From contig NC_052156.1 of NCBI RefSeq assembly GCF_902713615.1, positions 140,844,404 to 140,908,403 on the forward strand: 64,000 bases of DNA, in the 5' to 3' direction. The notes under the pieces are model-generated. The model was not told where the DNA came from and made no database searches. It saw only the letters and a list, made by a program, of their open reading frames with translations. A program made the translations under genes and the position numbers. The DNA comes from Scyliorhinus canicula. Its lineage: Eukaryota. Positions 24,123 to 38,289 of the stretch are shown here, piece after piece (the stretch's first letter is position 1; each line of letters starts with the position of its first letter).

Positions 24123-25964
24123 ATAAAAGCTGCTACTCTTGCACAAAGGTCAGCGCAGTCCACACCACATTTTTGAAGTACTCATTTTACCCAGTTTCAA
24201 ATGTGATGGGGAATATAGCAATCATACAATGTTACACAACTGATGGGCGAATAAGCCAATTTTGTAACTAGACCTACTAAACAGAGGTACAAAATGATAT
24301 CAGAAGGATATTTAACAGTGTCCAACAATATTAATCCAACTGAAATGACTGAACAGCTGCAAATGAGGTTACCATAGCAATGGTTTTAGCCATCATGTGC
24401 ATATTTACTCAAACCCACTTGGTGTAAAACTTTGCAGTGTTCCTCCCTCACCAAAGTTTGGAATTCGGGTATGAAGTTATCAGACACAGCACATCCTGGT
24501 GCAGCTTCTAACTTTTTGTCCAGTAATTGGATGCAATCAGTACTTCATTTCAGTCAGTGTGATTCCCCAGAATGTTGACTTGCATGAGTTCTGTCTGATT
24601 TGGCCCTACACGCTATCCAGAGCGTGGCTGGATGCTGTCCACCTTTCACAATGTACATACCCAGCTGTCACTAACATTGGTTGGGCTCACTTTCTTCAGT
24701 TGGCCGTTGGTTGTTACAACTGATCAAGCTGGTCACAATGACAGCTCCAATCACCATACAATATTACTGGTTTTTCAGCCATGTTACATAGAATTTCAGC
24801 AATAATCAATAACCATGGAAGTAAAGCACAATAATCAAAACACAACATGCAATGCTTTTTATCCTACCGTTTTACCAACAAGCACAAGCTCATAGTACAT
24901 GTCCATATTACTGCAACTATTGGGGCTGGTTTAGCACACTGGGCTAAATAGCTGGCATGTAATGTAGAACAAGGCAGCAGCGCGGGTTCAATTCCCGAAC
25001 AGGCGCTGGAATGTGGCAACTAGGGGCATCTCACAGTAACTTCATTGAAGCCTACTTGTGACAATAAGCAATTATTGTATTATAATTATTATTATTGATA
25101 TTGAGGTCAAGTGTCTTAATACTTATTTTACCTCATCAAAAGATTCTCAATTTAGTCTCGTGGCTAGTATACTAGATAACACCAAATTAACAGGTTTAAC
25201 AGGAAACTAACGTGGGACTATATTTGCAGAACAATAGTGTTTTTTGAAAAAACAAAAATTAAACCAGCTAGTAGCAAGACTAATCAGATTGAGAATTTTG
25301 CATCATGCATAAAAACCAAAAATAGAAATGCCCCAATTTCTGAAAGAGTGGTCGAGTATCACCGGATTGTAATTACTGTGTCATCAAGTGACAACCCCCC
25401 TTCATACCATTAAACTTTGGATAGAAAAAAAAACAGCCTAAATTTCATACATTTTTGCCACGATAACTGATCCCAGTTGTCAAAACTGCCCAAAAGGAAT
25501 TGTTCCCATGCATTAAACTCATTTGGAAAATAAAGAATGCTCTGGTAATTTCTATGTCAAATTGTATCTAATTTTAAACATCTTCGTCAATAATCACATG
25601 ACACATGATTATTCTATGGGAATAACTGCTCTGATCACGTTTAGTATCTCAGAGACCATTTCAACTGGCAGATCGGATTGATGATATCAGGTGAGATTTT
25701 GTTGTAGCTGGGTATGTAACAATGTTAACATCAGTTAGACTTTCCCCCAGCTTTACATGCAAGTTTGCTGAAATGGAAAGTTGAAAATGTGCCAAGGTGG
25801 CACCTGGGACGTGAGTGAACAAATCAACAATTCGATAATTAGATTGATGGTTTGAGATGGGGGGGAAAAAAGGACAAGAACTGAGAAGAATGTGTAAATT
25901 GGAGTGGATGAATTGAAAAAAAGATGGGAGTGGGGATGGGCTCACAAGACGATGGGAGTGAGGA

Positions 25965-28900
25965 CGGACACACACACACACAGACGGCGGAGCAGGGACA
26001 GACAGACACACACAGGACGATGGAGTGGGGAGACACGCACACACAATGGAGAGGAGACACACACACACACAATGCAGAGGAGACACACACACACACACTG
26101 GAGAGGAGACACACACACACACACAATGGAGAGGAGACACACACACACACACAATGGAGAGGAGACACACACACACACAATGGAGAGGAGACACACACAA
26201 TGGAGAGGAGACACACACACACACAATGGAGAGGAGAGAGACACACACAATGGAGAGGAGAGAGACACACAATGGAGAGGAGAGAGACACACAATGGAGA
26301 GGAGAGAGACACACACAATGGAGAGGAGAGAGACACACACAATGGAGAGGAGAGAGACACACACAATGGAGAGGAGAGAGACACACACAATGGAGAGGAG
26401 AGAGACACACACAATGGAGAGGAGAGAGACACACACAATGGAGAGGAGAGAGACACACACAATGGAGAGGAGAGAGACACACACAATGGAGAGGAGAGAG
26501 ACACACACAATGGAGAGGAGAGAGACACACACAATGGAGAGGAGAGAGACACACACAATGGAGAGGAGACACACAATGGAGAGGAGACACACACACACAC
26601 AACGGAGAGGAGACACACACACAATGGAGAGGAGACACACACACACACAATGGAGAGGAGACACACACACACACACAATGGAGAGGAGACACACACACAC
26701 ACACAATGGAGAGGAGACACACACACACACACAATGGAGAGGAGACACAAACACANNNNNNNNNNNNNNNNNNNNNNNNNNNNNNNNNNNNNNNNNNNNN
26801 NNNNNNNNNNNNNNNNNNNNNNNNNNNNNNNNNNNNNNNNNNNNNNNNNNNNNNNNNNNNNNNNNNNNNNNNNNNNNNNNNNNNNNNNNNNNNNCAATGG
26901 AGAGGAGACACACACACACACAATGGAGAGGAGAGAGACACACACACAATGGAGAGGAGAGAGACACACACAATGGAGAGGAGAGAGACACACACAATGG
27001 AGAGGAGAGAGACACACACAATGGAGAGGAGAGAGACACACACAATGGAGAGGAGAGAGACACACACAATGGAGAGGAGAGAGACACACACAATGGAGAG
27101 GAGAGAGACACACACAATGGAGAGGAGAGAGACACACACAATGGAGAGGAGAGAGACACACACAATGGAGAGGAGAGAGACACACACAATGGAGAGGAGA
27201 GAGACACACACAATGGAGAGGAGAGAGACACACACAATGGAGAGGAGAGAGACACACACAATGGAGAGGAGAGAGACACACACAATGGAGAGGAGAGAGA
27301 CACACACAATGGAGAGGAGAGAGACACACACAATGGAGAGGAGAGAGACACACACAATGGAGAGGAGAGAGACACACACAATGGAGAGGAGAGAGACACA
27401 CACAATGGAGAGGAGACACACACACACACAATGGAGAGGAGACACACACACACACAACGGAGAGGAGACACACACACACACAACGGAGAGGAGACACACA
27501 CACAACGGAGAGGAGACACACACACACACAATGGAGAGGTGACACACACACACACACACAATGGAGAGGAGACACAAACACACACACAATGGAGAGGAGA
27601 CAAACACACACACACAATGGAGAGGAGACACACACACACACAATGGAGAGGAGACACACACACACACACACAATGGAGAGGAGACACACACACAATGGAG
27701 AGGAGACACACACACACACAATGGAGAGGAGACACAAACACACACACACAATGGAGAGGAGACACACACACAATAGAGAGGAGACACAAACACACAATGG
27801 AGAGGAGACACACACACACAATGGAGAGACGACACACANNNNNNNNNNNNNNNNNNNNNNNNNNNNNNNNNNNNNNNNNNNNNNNNNNNNNNNNNNNNNN
27901 NNNNNNNNNNNNNNNNNNNNNNNNNNNNNNNNNNNNNNNNNNNNNNNNNNNNNNNNNNNNNNNNNNNNNNNNNNNNNNNNNNNNNNNNNNNNNNNNNNNN
28001 NNNNNNNNNNNNNNNNNNNNNNNNNNNNNNNNNNNNNNNNNNNNNNATGGAGAGGAGACACACACACACACACACGAGAGGAGACACAAACACACACACA
28101 ATGGAGAGGAGACANNNNNNNNNNNNNNNNNNNNNNNNNNNNNNNNNNNNNNNNNNNNNNNNNNNNNNNNNNNNNNNNNNNNNNNNNNNNNNNNNNNNNN
28201 NNNNNNNNNNNNNNNNNNNNNNNNNNNNNNNNNNNNNNNNNNNNNNNNNNNNNNNNNNNNCACACACATACAATGGAGAGGAGACACACACANNNNNNNN
28301 NNNNNNNNNNNNNNNNNNNNNNNNNNNNNNNNNNNNNNNNNNNNNNNNNNNNNNNNNNNNNNNNNNNNNNNNNNNNNNNNNNNNNNNNNNNNNNNNNNNN
28401 NNNNNNNNNNNNNNNNNNNNNNNNNNCANNNNNNNNNNNNNNNNNNNNNNNNNNNNNNNNNNNNNNNNNNNNNNNNNNNNNNNNNNNNNNNNNNNNNNNN
28501 NNNNNNNNNNNNNNNNNNNNNNNNNNNNNNNNNNNNNNNNNNNNNNNNNNNNNNNNNNNNNNNNNNNNNNNNNNNNNNNNNNNNNNNNNNNNNNNNNNNN
28601 NNNNNNNNNNNNNNNNNNNNNNNNNNNNNNNNNNNNNNNNNNNNNNNNNNNNNNNNNNNNNNNNNNNNNNNNNNNNNNNNNNNNNNNNNNNNNNNNNNNN
28701 NNNNNNNNNNNNNNNNNNNNNNNNNNNNNNNNNNNNNNNNNNNNNNNNNNNNNNNNNNNNNNNNNNNNNNNNNNNNNNNNNNNNNNNNNNNNNNNNNNNN
28801 NNNNNNNNNNNNNNNNNNNNNNNNNNNNNNNNNNNNNNNNNNNNNNNNNNNNNNNNNNNNNNNNNNNNNNNNNNNNNNNNNNNNNNNNCACACGGAGACA

Positions 28901-31900
28901 CACACACACAATGGAGAGGAGACACACACACACACAATGGAGAGGAGACACACACGGAGACACACACACACAATGGAGAGGAGACACACACACACACACA
29001 CAATGGAGAGGAGACACACACACACACACAATGGAGAGGAGACACACACACACACAATGGAGAGGAGACACACACGGAGACANNNNNNNNNNNNNNNNNN
29101 NNNNNNNNNNNNNNNNNNNNNNNNNNNNNNNNNNNNNNNNNNNNNNNNNNNNNNNNNNNNNNNNNNNNNNNNNNNNNNNNNNNNNNNNNNNNNNNNNNNN
29201 NNNNNNNNNNNNNNNNNNNNNNNNNNNNNNNNNNNNNNNNNNCACACAATGGAGAGGAGACACACACACACACAATGGAGAGGAGACACACACACAATGG
29301 AGAGGAGACACACACACAATGGAGAGGAGACACACACACACACAATGGAGAGGAGACACACACACACACAATGGAGAGGAGACACACACACACACACAAT
29401 GGAGAGGAGACAACACACACACACACAATGGAGAGGAGACACACACACACACACACACAATGGAGAGGAGACACACACACACACAATGGAGAGGAGACAC
29501 ACACACACACACAATGGAGAGGAGACACACACACACAATGGAGAGGAGACACACACACACACACAATGGAGAGGAGACACACACACACACACACACAATG
29601 GAGAGGAGACACACACACACACACACACACAATGGAGAGGAGACACACACACAATGGAGAGGAGACACACACACACACACACAATGGAGAGGAGACACAC
29701 ACACACACACAATAGAGAGGAGACACACACACACAATGGAGAGGAGACACACACACACAATGGAGAGGAGACACACACACACACACACACACACAATAGA
29801 GAGGAGACACAAACACACACACACAATGGAGAGGAGACACACACACACAATGGAGAGGAGACACACACACACACACAATGGAGAGGAGACACACACACAC
29901 ACACACAATGGAGAGGAGACACACACACACACACAATGGAGAGGAGACACACACACACACAATGGAGAGGAGACACACACACACACACACACACACAATG
30001 GAGAGGAGACACACACACACACAATGGAGAGGAGACACACACACACAATGGAGAGGAGACACACACACACACACACACAATGGAGAGGAGACACACACAC
30101 ACATACAATGGAGAGGAGACACACACACAAACACACACACACAATGGAGAGGAGACACACACACACATACAATGGAGAGGAGACACACACACACACATAC
30201 AATGGAGAGGAGACACACACACACACACACACACAATGGAGAGGAGACACACACACACACACACACACAATGGAGACACACACACACACACAATGGANNN
30301 NNNNNNNNNNNNNNNNNNNNNNNNNNNNNNNNNNNNNNNNNNNNNNNNNNNNNNNNNNNNNNNNNNNNNNNNNNNNNNNNNNNNNNNNNNNNNNNNNNNN
30401 NNNNNNNNNNNNNNNNNNNNNNNNNNNNNNNNNNNNNNNNNNNNNNNNNNNNNNNNNNNNNNNNNNNNNNNNNNNNNNNNNNNNNNNNNNNNNNNNNNNN
30501 NNNNCACACGGAGACACACACAATGGAGAGGAGACACACACGGAGACACACACAATGGAGAGGAGACACACACACACACAATGGAGAGGAGACACACACA
30601 CACACACACAATGGAGAGGAGACACACACACACACACACAATGGAGAGGAGACACACACACACACACACAATGGAGAGGAGACACACACACACAATGGAG
30701 AGGAGACACACACACACACACACACAATGGAGAGGAGACACACACACACACACACACAATGGAGAGGAGACACACACACACACACAATGGAGAGGAGACA
30801 ACACACACACACAATGGAGAGGAGACAACACACACACACACACAATGGAGAGGAGACACANNNNNNNNNNNNNNNNNNNNNNNNNNNNNNNNNNNNNNNN
30901 NNNNNNNNNNNNNNNNNNNNNNNNNNNNNNNNNNNNNNNNNNNNNNNNNNNNNNNNNNNNNNNNNNNNNNNNNNNNNNNNNNNNNNNNNNNNNNNNNNNN
31001 NNNNNNNNNNNNNNNNNNNNNNNNNNNNNNNNNNNNNNNNNNNNNNNNNNNNCACAATGGAGAGGAGACACACAATGGAGAGGAGACACACACACACAAT
31101 GGAGAGGAGACACACACACACACACAATGGAGAGGAGACACACACACACACACACACAATGGAGAGGAGACACACACACAATGGAGAGGAGACACACACA
31201 CACACACACACAATAGAGAGGAGACACACACACACAATGGAGAGGAGACACACACACACACACACAATAGAGAGGAGACACAAACACACACACAATGGAG
31301 AGGAGACACACACACACAATGGAGAGGAGACACACACACAATGGAGAGGAGACACACACACACAATGGAGAGGAGACACACACACACACACACAATGGAG
31401 AGGAGACACACACACACACACAATGGAGAGGAGACACACACACACACACACAATGGAGAGGAGACACACACACACACAATGGAGAGGAGACACACACACA
31501 CACACACAATGGAGAGGAGACACACACACACACAATGGAGAGGAGACACACACACACACAATGGAGAGGAGACACACACACACAATGGAGAGGAGACACA
31601 CACACACACAATGGAGAGGAGACACACACACACACACACAATGGAGAGGAGACACACACACACACACACACACACACAATGGAGAGGAGACACACACACA
31701 CACATACGATGGAGAGGAGACACACACANNNNNNNNNNNNNNNNNNNNNNNNNNNNNNNNNNNNNNNNNNNNNNNNNNNNNNNNNNNNNNNNNNNNNNNN
31801 NNNNNNNNNNNNNNNNNNNNNNNNNNNNNNNNNNNNNNNNNNNNNNNNNNNNNNNNNNCACACACATACAATGGAGAGGAGACACACACACACACACACA

Positions 31901-32560
31901 TACAATGGAGAGGAGACACACACACACACACACATACAATGGAGAGGAGACACACACACACACACAATGGAGAGGAGACACACACACACAATGGAGAGGA
32001 GAGACACACACACACAATGGAGAGGAGACACACACACACACACACACACAATGGAGAGGAGACACACACACACACACACAATGGAGACACACACACACAC
32101 AACGGAGAGGACACACACACACACAACGGAGAGGAGACACACACACACACAATGGAGAGGAGACACACACACACACACACAATGGAGAGGAGACACACAC
32201 ACACACACAATGGAGAGGAGACACACACACACACACACAATGGAGAGGAGACANNNNNNNNNNNNNNNNNNNNNNNNNNNNNNNNNNNNNNNNNNNNNNN
32301 NNNNNNNNNNNNNNNNNNNNNNNNNNNNNNNNNNNNNNNNNNNNNNNNNNNNNNNNNNNNNNNNNNNNNNNNNNNNNNNNNNNNNNNNNNNNNNNNNNNN
32401 NNNNNNNCACACAATGGAGAGGAGACACACACACACACACACACACAATGGAGAGGAGACACACACACACACACAATGGAGAGGAGACACACACACACAC
32501 AATGGAGAGGAGACACACACACACACAATGGAGAGGAGACACACACACACACACACACAA
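25965..32560. repeat. Compound minisatellite AATGGAGAGGAGAC(AC)n with homogeneous 24-bp sub-blocks and several N gaps
   Basis: Read directly; unit AATGGAGAGGAGAGAGACACACAC at about 26300-26560 and 26950-27400. True length is unreliable. Confidence 0.97.
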
Positions 32561-32561
32561 A

Positions 32562-33448
32562 CACTAGGAGCAGGAGTAGGCCATCTGGCCCCTTGAGCCT
32601 GCTCCGCCATTCAATGAGATCATGGCTGATCTTTTGTGGACTCGGCTCCACTTTCCGGCCTGAACACCATAACCCTTAATCCCTTTTTTCTTTAAAAAAC
32701 GATCTATTTTTATCTTTAAAACATTTAATGAAGGAGCTCCCACTGCTTCACTGGGCAAGGAATTCCATAGATTCACAACCCTTTGGGTGAAGACGTTCCT
32801 CCTCAACTCAGTCCTAAATCTACTTCCCCTTATTTTGAGGCTATGCCCCCTAGTTCTGCTTTCACCCGCCAGTGGAAACAACCTGCCCGCATCTATCCTA
32901 TCTATTCCCTTCATAGTCTTATCTGTTTCTATAAGATTCCCCCCATATCATACTAAATTCCAATGAGTACAGTTCCAGTCTACTCAACCTCTCCTCGTAA
33001 TCCAACCCCTTCAGCTCTGGGATTAACCCAGTGAATCTCCTCTGCACACCCTCCAGTGCCAGTACGTCCTTTCTCAAGGAGACCAAAACTGAACACAATA
33101 CTCCAGGTGTGGCCTCAATAACACCTTATACAATTGCAGCATAATCTCCCTGGTCTTAAACTCCATCCCACTAGTAATGAAGGACAAAATTCCATTTGCC
33201 TTCTTAATCACCTCTTGCACCTGTAAACCAACTTTTTGCGACTCATGCACGAGCACACCCAGGTCTCTCTGCACAGCGGCACGCTTTAATATTTTATCAT
33301 TTAAATAATAATCCCGTTTGCTGTTATTCCTACCAAAATGGATAACCTCACATTTGTCAACATTGTATTCCATCTGCCAGACCCTAGCCCATTCACTTAA
33401 CCTATCCAAATCTCTCTGCAGTATCCTCTGCACTTTTCGCTTTACCAC
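32562..33448 (-). mobile_element. 5'-truncated CR1 LINE, same subfamily as 44518-49041, lying between the two arrays
   Basis: LQRDLDRLSEWARVWQMEYNVDKCEVIHFGRNNSKRDYYLNDKILK and MKGIDRIDAGRLFPLAGESRTRGHSLKIRGS are identical to the full-length copy. Confidence 0.95.
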
Positions 33449-36425
33449 TGGAGCGTGGACGGGCACACACACACGCGAAGATGGAGCGTGGACGGGCACA
33501 CACACACGCGAAGATGGAGCGTGGACGGGCACACACACACGCGAAGATGGAGCGTGGACGGGCACACACACACGCGAAGATGGAGCGTGGACGGGCACAC
33601 ACACACGCGCGCGCGCGGAAAATGGAGCGGGCGCGCGGGCACGGGCACGCGGACACGCGCGGAAAATGGAGCGGGCACGCGGGGAAAATGGAGCGGGCGC
33701 GCGGGCGCGCGGACACGCGGGGAAAATGGAGCGGACACGCGCGGAAAATGGGGCGGAAAATGGGGCGGAAAATGGGGCGGAAAATGGGGCGGAAAATGGG
33801 GCGGAAAATGGGGCGGAAAATGGGGCGGAAAATGGGGCGGAAAATGGGGCGGAAAATGGGGCGGAAAATGGGGCGGAAAATGGGGCGGAAAATGGGGCGG
33901 AAAATGGGGCGGACACGCGCGGAAAATGGAGCGGACACGCGCGGAAAATGGAGCGGACACGCGCGGAAAATGGAGCGGACACGCGCGGAAAATGGAGCGG
34001 ACACGCGCGGAAAATGGAGCGGACACGCGCGGAAAATGGAGCGGACACGCGCGGAAAATGGAGCGGACACGCGCGGAAAATGGAGCGGACACGCGCGGAA
34101 AATGGAGCGGACACGCGCGGAAAATGGAGCGGACACGCGCGGAAAATGGAGCGGACACGCGCGGAAAATGGAGCGGACACGCGCGGAAAATGGAGCGGAC
34201 ACGCGCGGAAAATGGAGCGGACACGCGCGGAAAATGGAGCGGACACGCGCGGAAAATGGAGCGGACACGCGCGGAAAATGGAGCGGACACGCGCGGAAAA
34301 TGGAGCGGACACGCGCGGAAAATGGAGCGGACACGCGCGGAAAATGGAGCGGACACGCGCGGAAAATGGAGCGGACACGCGCGGAAAATGGAGCGGACAC
34401 GCGCGGAAAATGGAGCGGACACGCGCGGAAAATGGAGCGGACACGCGCGGAAAATGGAGCGGACACGCGCGGAAAATGGAGCGGACACGCGCGGAAAATG
34501 GAGCGGACACGCGCGGAAAATGGAGCGGACACGCGCGGAAAATGGAGCGGACACGCGCGGAAAATGGAGCGGACACGCGCGGAAAATGGAGCGGACACGC
34601 GCGGAAAATGGAGCGGACACGCGCGGAAAATGGAGCGGACACGCGCGGAAAATGGAGCGGACACGCGCGGAAAATGGAGCGGACACGCGCGGAAAATGGA
34701 GCGGACACGCGCGGAAAATGGAGCGGACACGCGCGGAAAATGGAGCGGACACGCGCGGAAAATGGAGCGGACACGCGCGGAAAATGGAGCGGACACGCGC
34801 GGAAAATGGAGCGGACACGCGCGGAAAATGGAGCGGACACGCGCGGAAAATGGAGCGGACACGCGCGGAAAATGGAGCGGACACGCGCGGAAAATGGAGC
34901 GGACACGCGCGGAAAATGGAGCGGACACGCGCGGAAAATGGAGCGGACACGCGCGGAAAATGGAGCGGACACGCGCGGAAAATGGAGCGGACACGCGCGG
35001 AAAATGGAGCGGACACGCGCGGAAAATGGAGCGGACACGCGCGGAAAATGGAGCGGACACGCGCGGAAAATGGAGCGGACACGCGCGGAAAATGGAGCGG
35101 ACACGCGCGGAAAATGGAGCGGACACGCGCGGAAAATGGAGCGGACACGCGCGGAAAATGGAGCGGACACGCGCGGAAAATGGAGCGGACACGCGCGGAA
35201 AATGGAGCGGACACGCGCGGAAAATGGAGCGGACACGCGCGGAAAATGGAGCGGACACGCGCGGAAAATGGAGCGGACACGCGCGGAAAATGGAGCGGAC
35301 ACGCGCGGAAAATGGAGCGGACACGCGCGGAAAATGGAGCGGACACGCGCGGAAAATGGAGCGGACACGCGCGGAAAATGGAGCGGACACGCGCGGAAAA
35401 TGGAGCGGACACGCGCGGAAAATGGAGCGGACACGCGCGGAAAATGGAGCGGACACGCGCGGAAAATGGAGCGGACACGCGCGGAAAATGGAGCGGACAC
35501 GCGCGGAAAATGGAGCGGACACGCGCGGAAAATGGAGCGGACACGCGCGGAAAATGGAGCGGACACGCGCGGAAATGGAGCGGACACGCGCGGAAAATGG
35601 AGCGGACACGCGCGGAAAATGGAGCGGACACGCGCGGAAAATGGAGCGGACACGCGCGGAAAATGGAGCGGACACGCGCGGAAAATGGAGCGGACACGCG
35701 CGGAAAATGGAGCGGACACGCGCGGAAAATGGAGCGGACACGCGCGGAAAATGGAGCGGACACGCGCGGAAAATGGAGCGGACACGCGCGGAAAATGGAG
35801 CGGACACGCGCGGAAAATGGAGCGGACACGCGCGGAAAATGGAGCGGACACGCGCGGAAAATGGAGCGGACACGCGCGGAAAATGGAGCGGACACGCGCG
35901 GAAAATGGAGCGGACACGCGCGGAAAATGGAGCGGACACGCGCGGAAAATGGAGCGGACACGCGCGGAAAATGGAGCGGACACGCGCGGAAAATGGAGCG
36001 GACACGCGCGGAAAATGGAGCGGACACGCGCGGAAAATGGAGCGGACACGCGCGGAAAATGGAGCGGACACGCGCGGAAAATGGAGCGGACACGCACACA
36101 CACGAAAATGGAGCGGACACGCACACACACGAAAATGGAGCGGAGACACACACACACGAAAATGGAGTGGAGACACGCGTGGACACCGACACGCGAAAAT
36201 GGAGCGGACACACACACACGAAAATGGAGTGGAGACACACGCACACACCCACGAAAATGGAGTGGAGACACACATGAAAATGGAGTGGACACACGCGTGG
36301 ACACCGGCACGCGTGCGAAAGTGGAGTGGACACCGACACGCGTGGGAAAATGGAGTGGACACCAACACGCGCAGATGGAGTGGACACACACGTGAAGATG
36401 GAGTGGACACACACGTGAAGATGGA
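33449..36425. repeat. GC/CpG-rich composite tandem array: about 5 x 33 bp, 14 x 12 bp (GGAAAATGGGGC, 33743-33910), about 99 x 22 bp (GGAAAATGGAGCGGACACGCGC), then a degenerate tail
   Basis: Read directly; one 1-nt deletion near 35573 is the only variant I saw in the 22-bp block. Confidence 0.97.
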
Positions 36426-36499
36426 GTGTGGTGGGAGTGCTCTTGTGGATGGCGGCAAAGACTCCACGAGGGGCCAGGCCGACAGGGTACAACTCACTT

Positions 36500-37620
36500 T
36501 ATTCTACACTAATTACAATAATCACTTCTCCACTTCCCGCAGGGTCACTTTCACGGAACTGATTTCAGATCGGGATTTATATTCTGTGGGGATCTCCAAT
36601 TCAGAGGAAGCTCTCCCCATCATCACCAGAGTAGCTCATACTCTGAGGTGAAGAAGGGAATCCTACTCAGTTTCTGCTGCTTTTGGCTATAACCCTGTTT
36701 CTGGACCTGGAGTGTTATTCTGTACACTGGATGCCTTTTTCAGATGTTGAAGCCTGGCCTACGACAAGGGTTAAGACCGGTTGGATGGAGGGGTAGTTGC
36801 TTGTAGGGGAGAGAGAGAGGATAGAGCTTCCTGCCCTTCAGTTGCCACGCCTGTGTCTCTTACTTGTTACTGGCTGCCACTCTGCTTATGGGCTTGAAGT
36901 GAAGCACAGGGCGGATTTTGGTTGGCCTGCTGCTGGCTGAAAGTGGAGGAGAATGGACACGAAATAGAGCATGTGCTGGCAGCTTTGCCTTGTACTTAAT
37001 TGTTTGTTGAGTTTCTTCTGGTTGCTCAGTATTTTGACTTGTTTTTTTCTAAAGTAAAGAAACTGTTTGGGGTTGAACTGTGCCTCCTCTTGGGAGAGGG
37101 TGTTTTCTCTCTCTCACACCGTGTGTGTCCTTTTCTGGTGGTCTGAACTGTTTGTCTGCGCGCCTTTCCGTCTATGTGGAGTCACCGTTAGGGGGGCTGG
37201 GGGTGTTTGCTGGCTTGAAAGCTGGTGTTTTTTATTGGTGTCTCGTAAATGCTTTTAGCAGATCACTGATTTTCGTGACTGTTTTTAGCATGTTGCTGAT
37301 TCTTTTGCATTCTTGAGTTGTCAATAAGCTTAAAATATTTGTAGGAGGGGAAGTGGATGCTATATAACCTGTCTTCCCACCCACCACCTCTCCAAAGTCC
37401 GGGATGTCCATGTCCTCAGGTGGAGGATCCCGTTGCCGCCCGGGTTGTGTGTGGAGTTCCAGGGGGGGTACAGCCGGCCTGGGAGGTATGTAGCGTGCTG
37501 GGGACTGGTGTTTCCGTGATGAACGCAAGGCTGCTGGTACATTTGATGCTGCCGTATCGTCCCCAGGTGGTGAGGCAGACAGTGATTATGTGGTTCGAAC
37601 AAAGCCAACAGTGGAATGGT
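36500..37620 (-). mobile_element. Possible Gypsy-type LTR retrotransposon remnant (pol end, purine tract, LTR-like segment)
   Basis: LRSSRKHQSPARYIP resembles the RRSxRxxxxPxRY integrase tail, followed by purine-rich GGAGAGGTGGTGGG and AATAAA near 37230. Confidence 0.35.
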
Positions 37621-38289
37621 TAAATTAAGATGCCAATTTTGGATATCCAGATTTAAAATGACATCTGCCCCTCACCCAAGTTGTTGTACTGTTTAGGCAT
37701 AGATAACAGAAAGCCATTCACCTTACTGTTATCTTGACCGTAGAATCAAGCCAATGCTGTTCAGAGGGATTTTTATACTCACAATTTTCTCCAACACTAC
37801 GGTGAAAGATAAATAAAGCTTCTAAACTGAACAGTATTTAATGAACAGAAGAGATTGATTTAAACATAGTTGAATTCTGCAGAATCTAAATGTACTTCAC
37901 GCCAGTAGCATCCAACTCCTTCATGATTGGAACCTATCACCAGAGTTTGGTCATTAACACTTCAAAAATGTTAATGCTTCATAACTAACATCCATTTCAT
38001 TCAATCTGGGACACCTTGAGCGAACAGACAAAGTAACATTTAATCCTATGCAGATTTTCACCAAATATTGCAGTGGAATTGCAAGTCCAATTTTGTACTG
38101 CACATCCATTGAATCGGATACCTTATTTTAGGAGACTTTCCCAAAGCTTCTAACTTTTCCATTCTCAATTATTCACAATCTGCATCTCAAGACACTAAAC
38201 TTTTAAGTATTACTTACGTATCATTTAATAATTGCTCATTGAGGAGAATTTCTCTGATTCTCAAAAGACTTCTGCTATCTTTTGCAGTC

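Noticed and set aside
28428-28429. Isolated CA within an N run, and many short N gaps
   Set aside because: Assembly or masking artefact with no biological reading.
25661-32679. Very long ORFs (up to 2299 aa; CVCV and THTMERR repeats) in all six frames
   Set aside because: Products of a stop-free tandem repeat and N gaps inside an intron; no evidence of coding.
25965-36425. CRISPR-like repeat/spacer appearance
   Set aside because: The spacers are only (CA)n or identical units, the context is eukaryotic, and there are no cas genes.
33074-36651. About 1000-aa ORFs, one fused in frame to CR1 RT sequence
   Set aside because: The 22-bp unit has no stop in any frame; the fusion is chance read-through into a truncated LINE.
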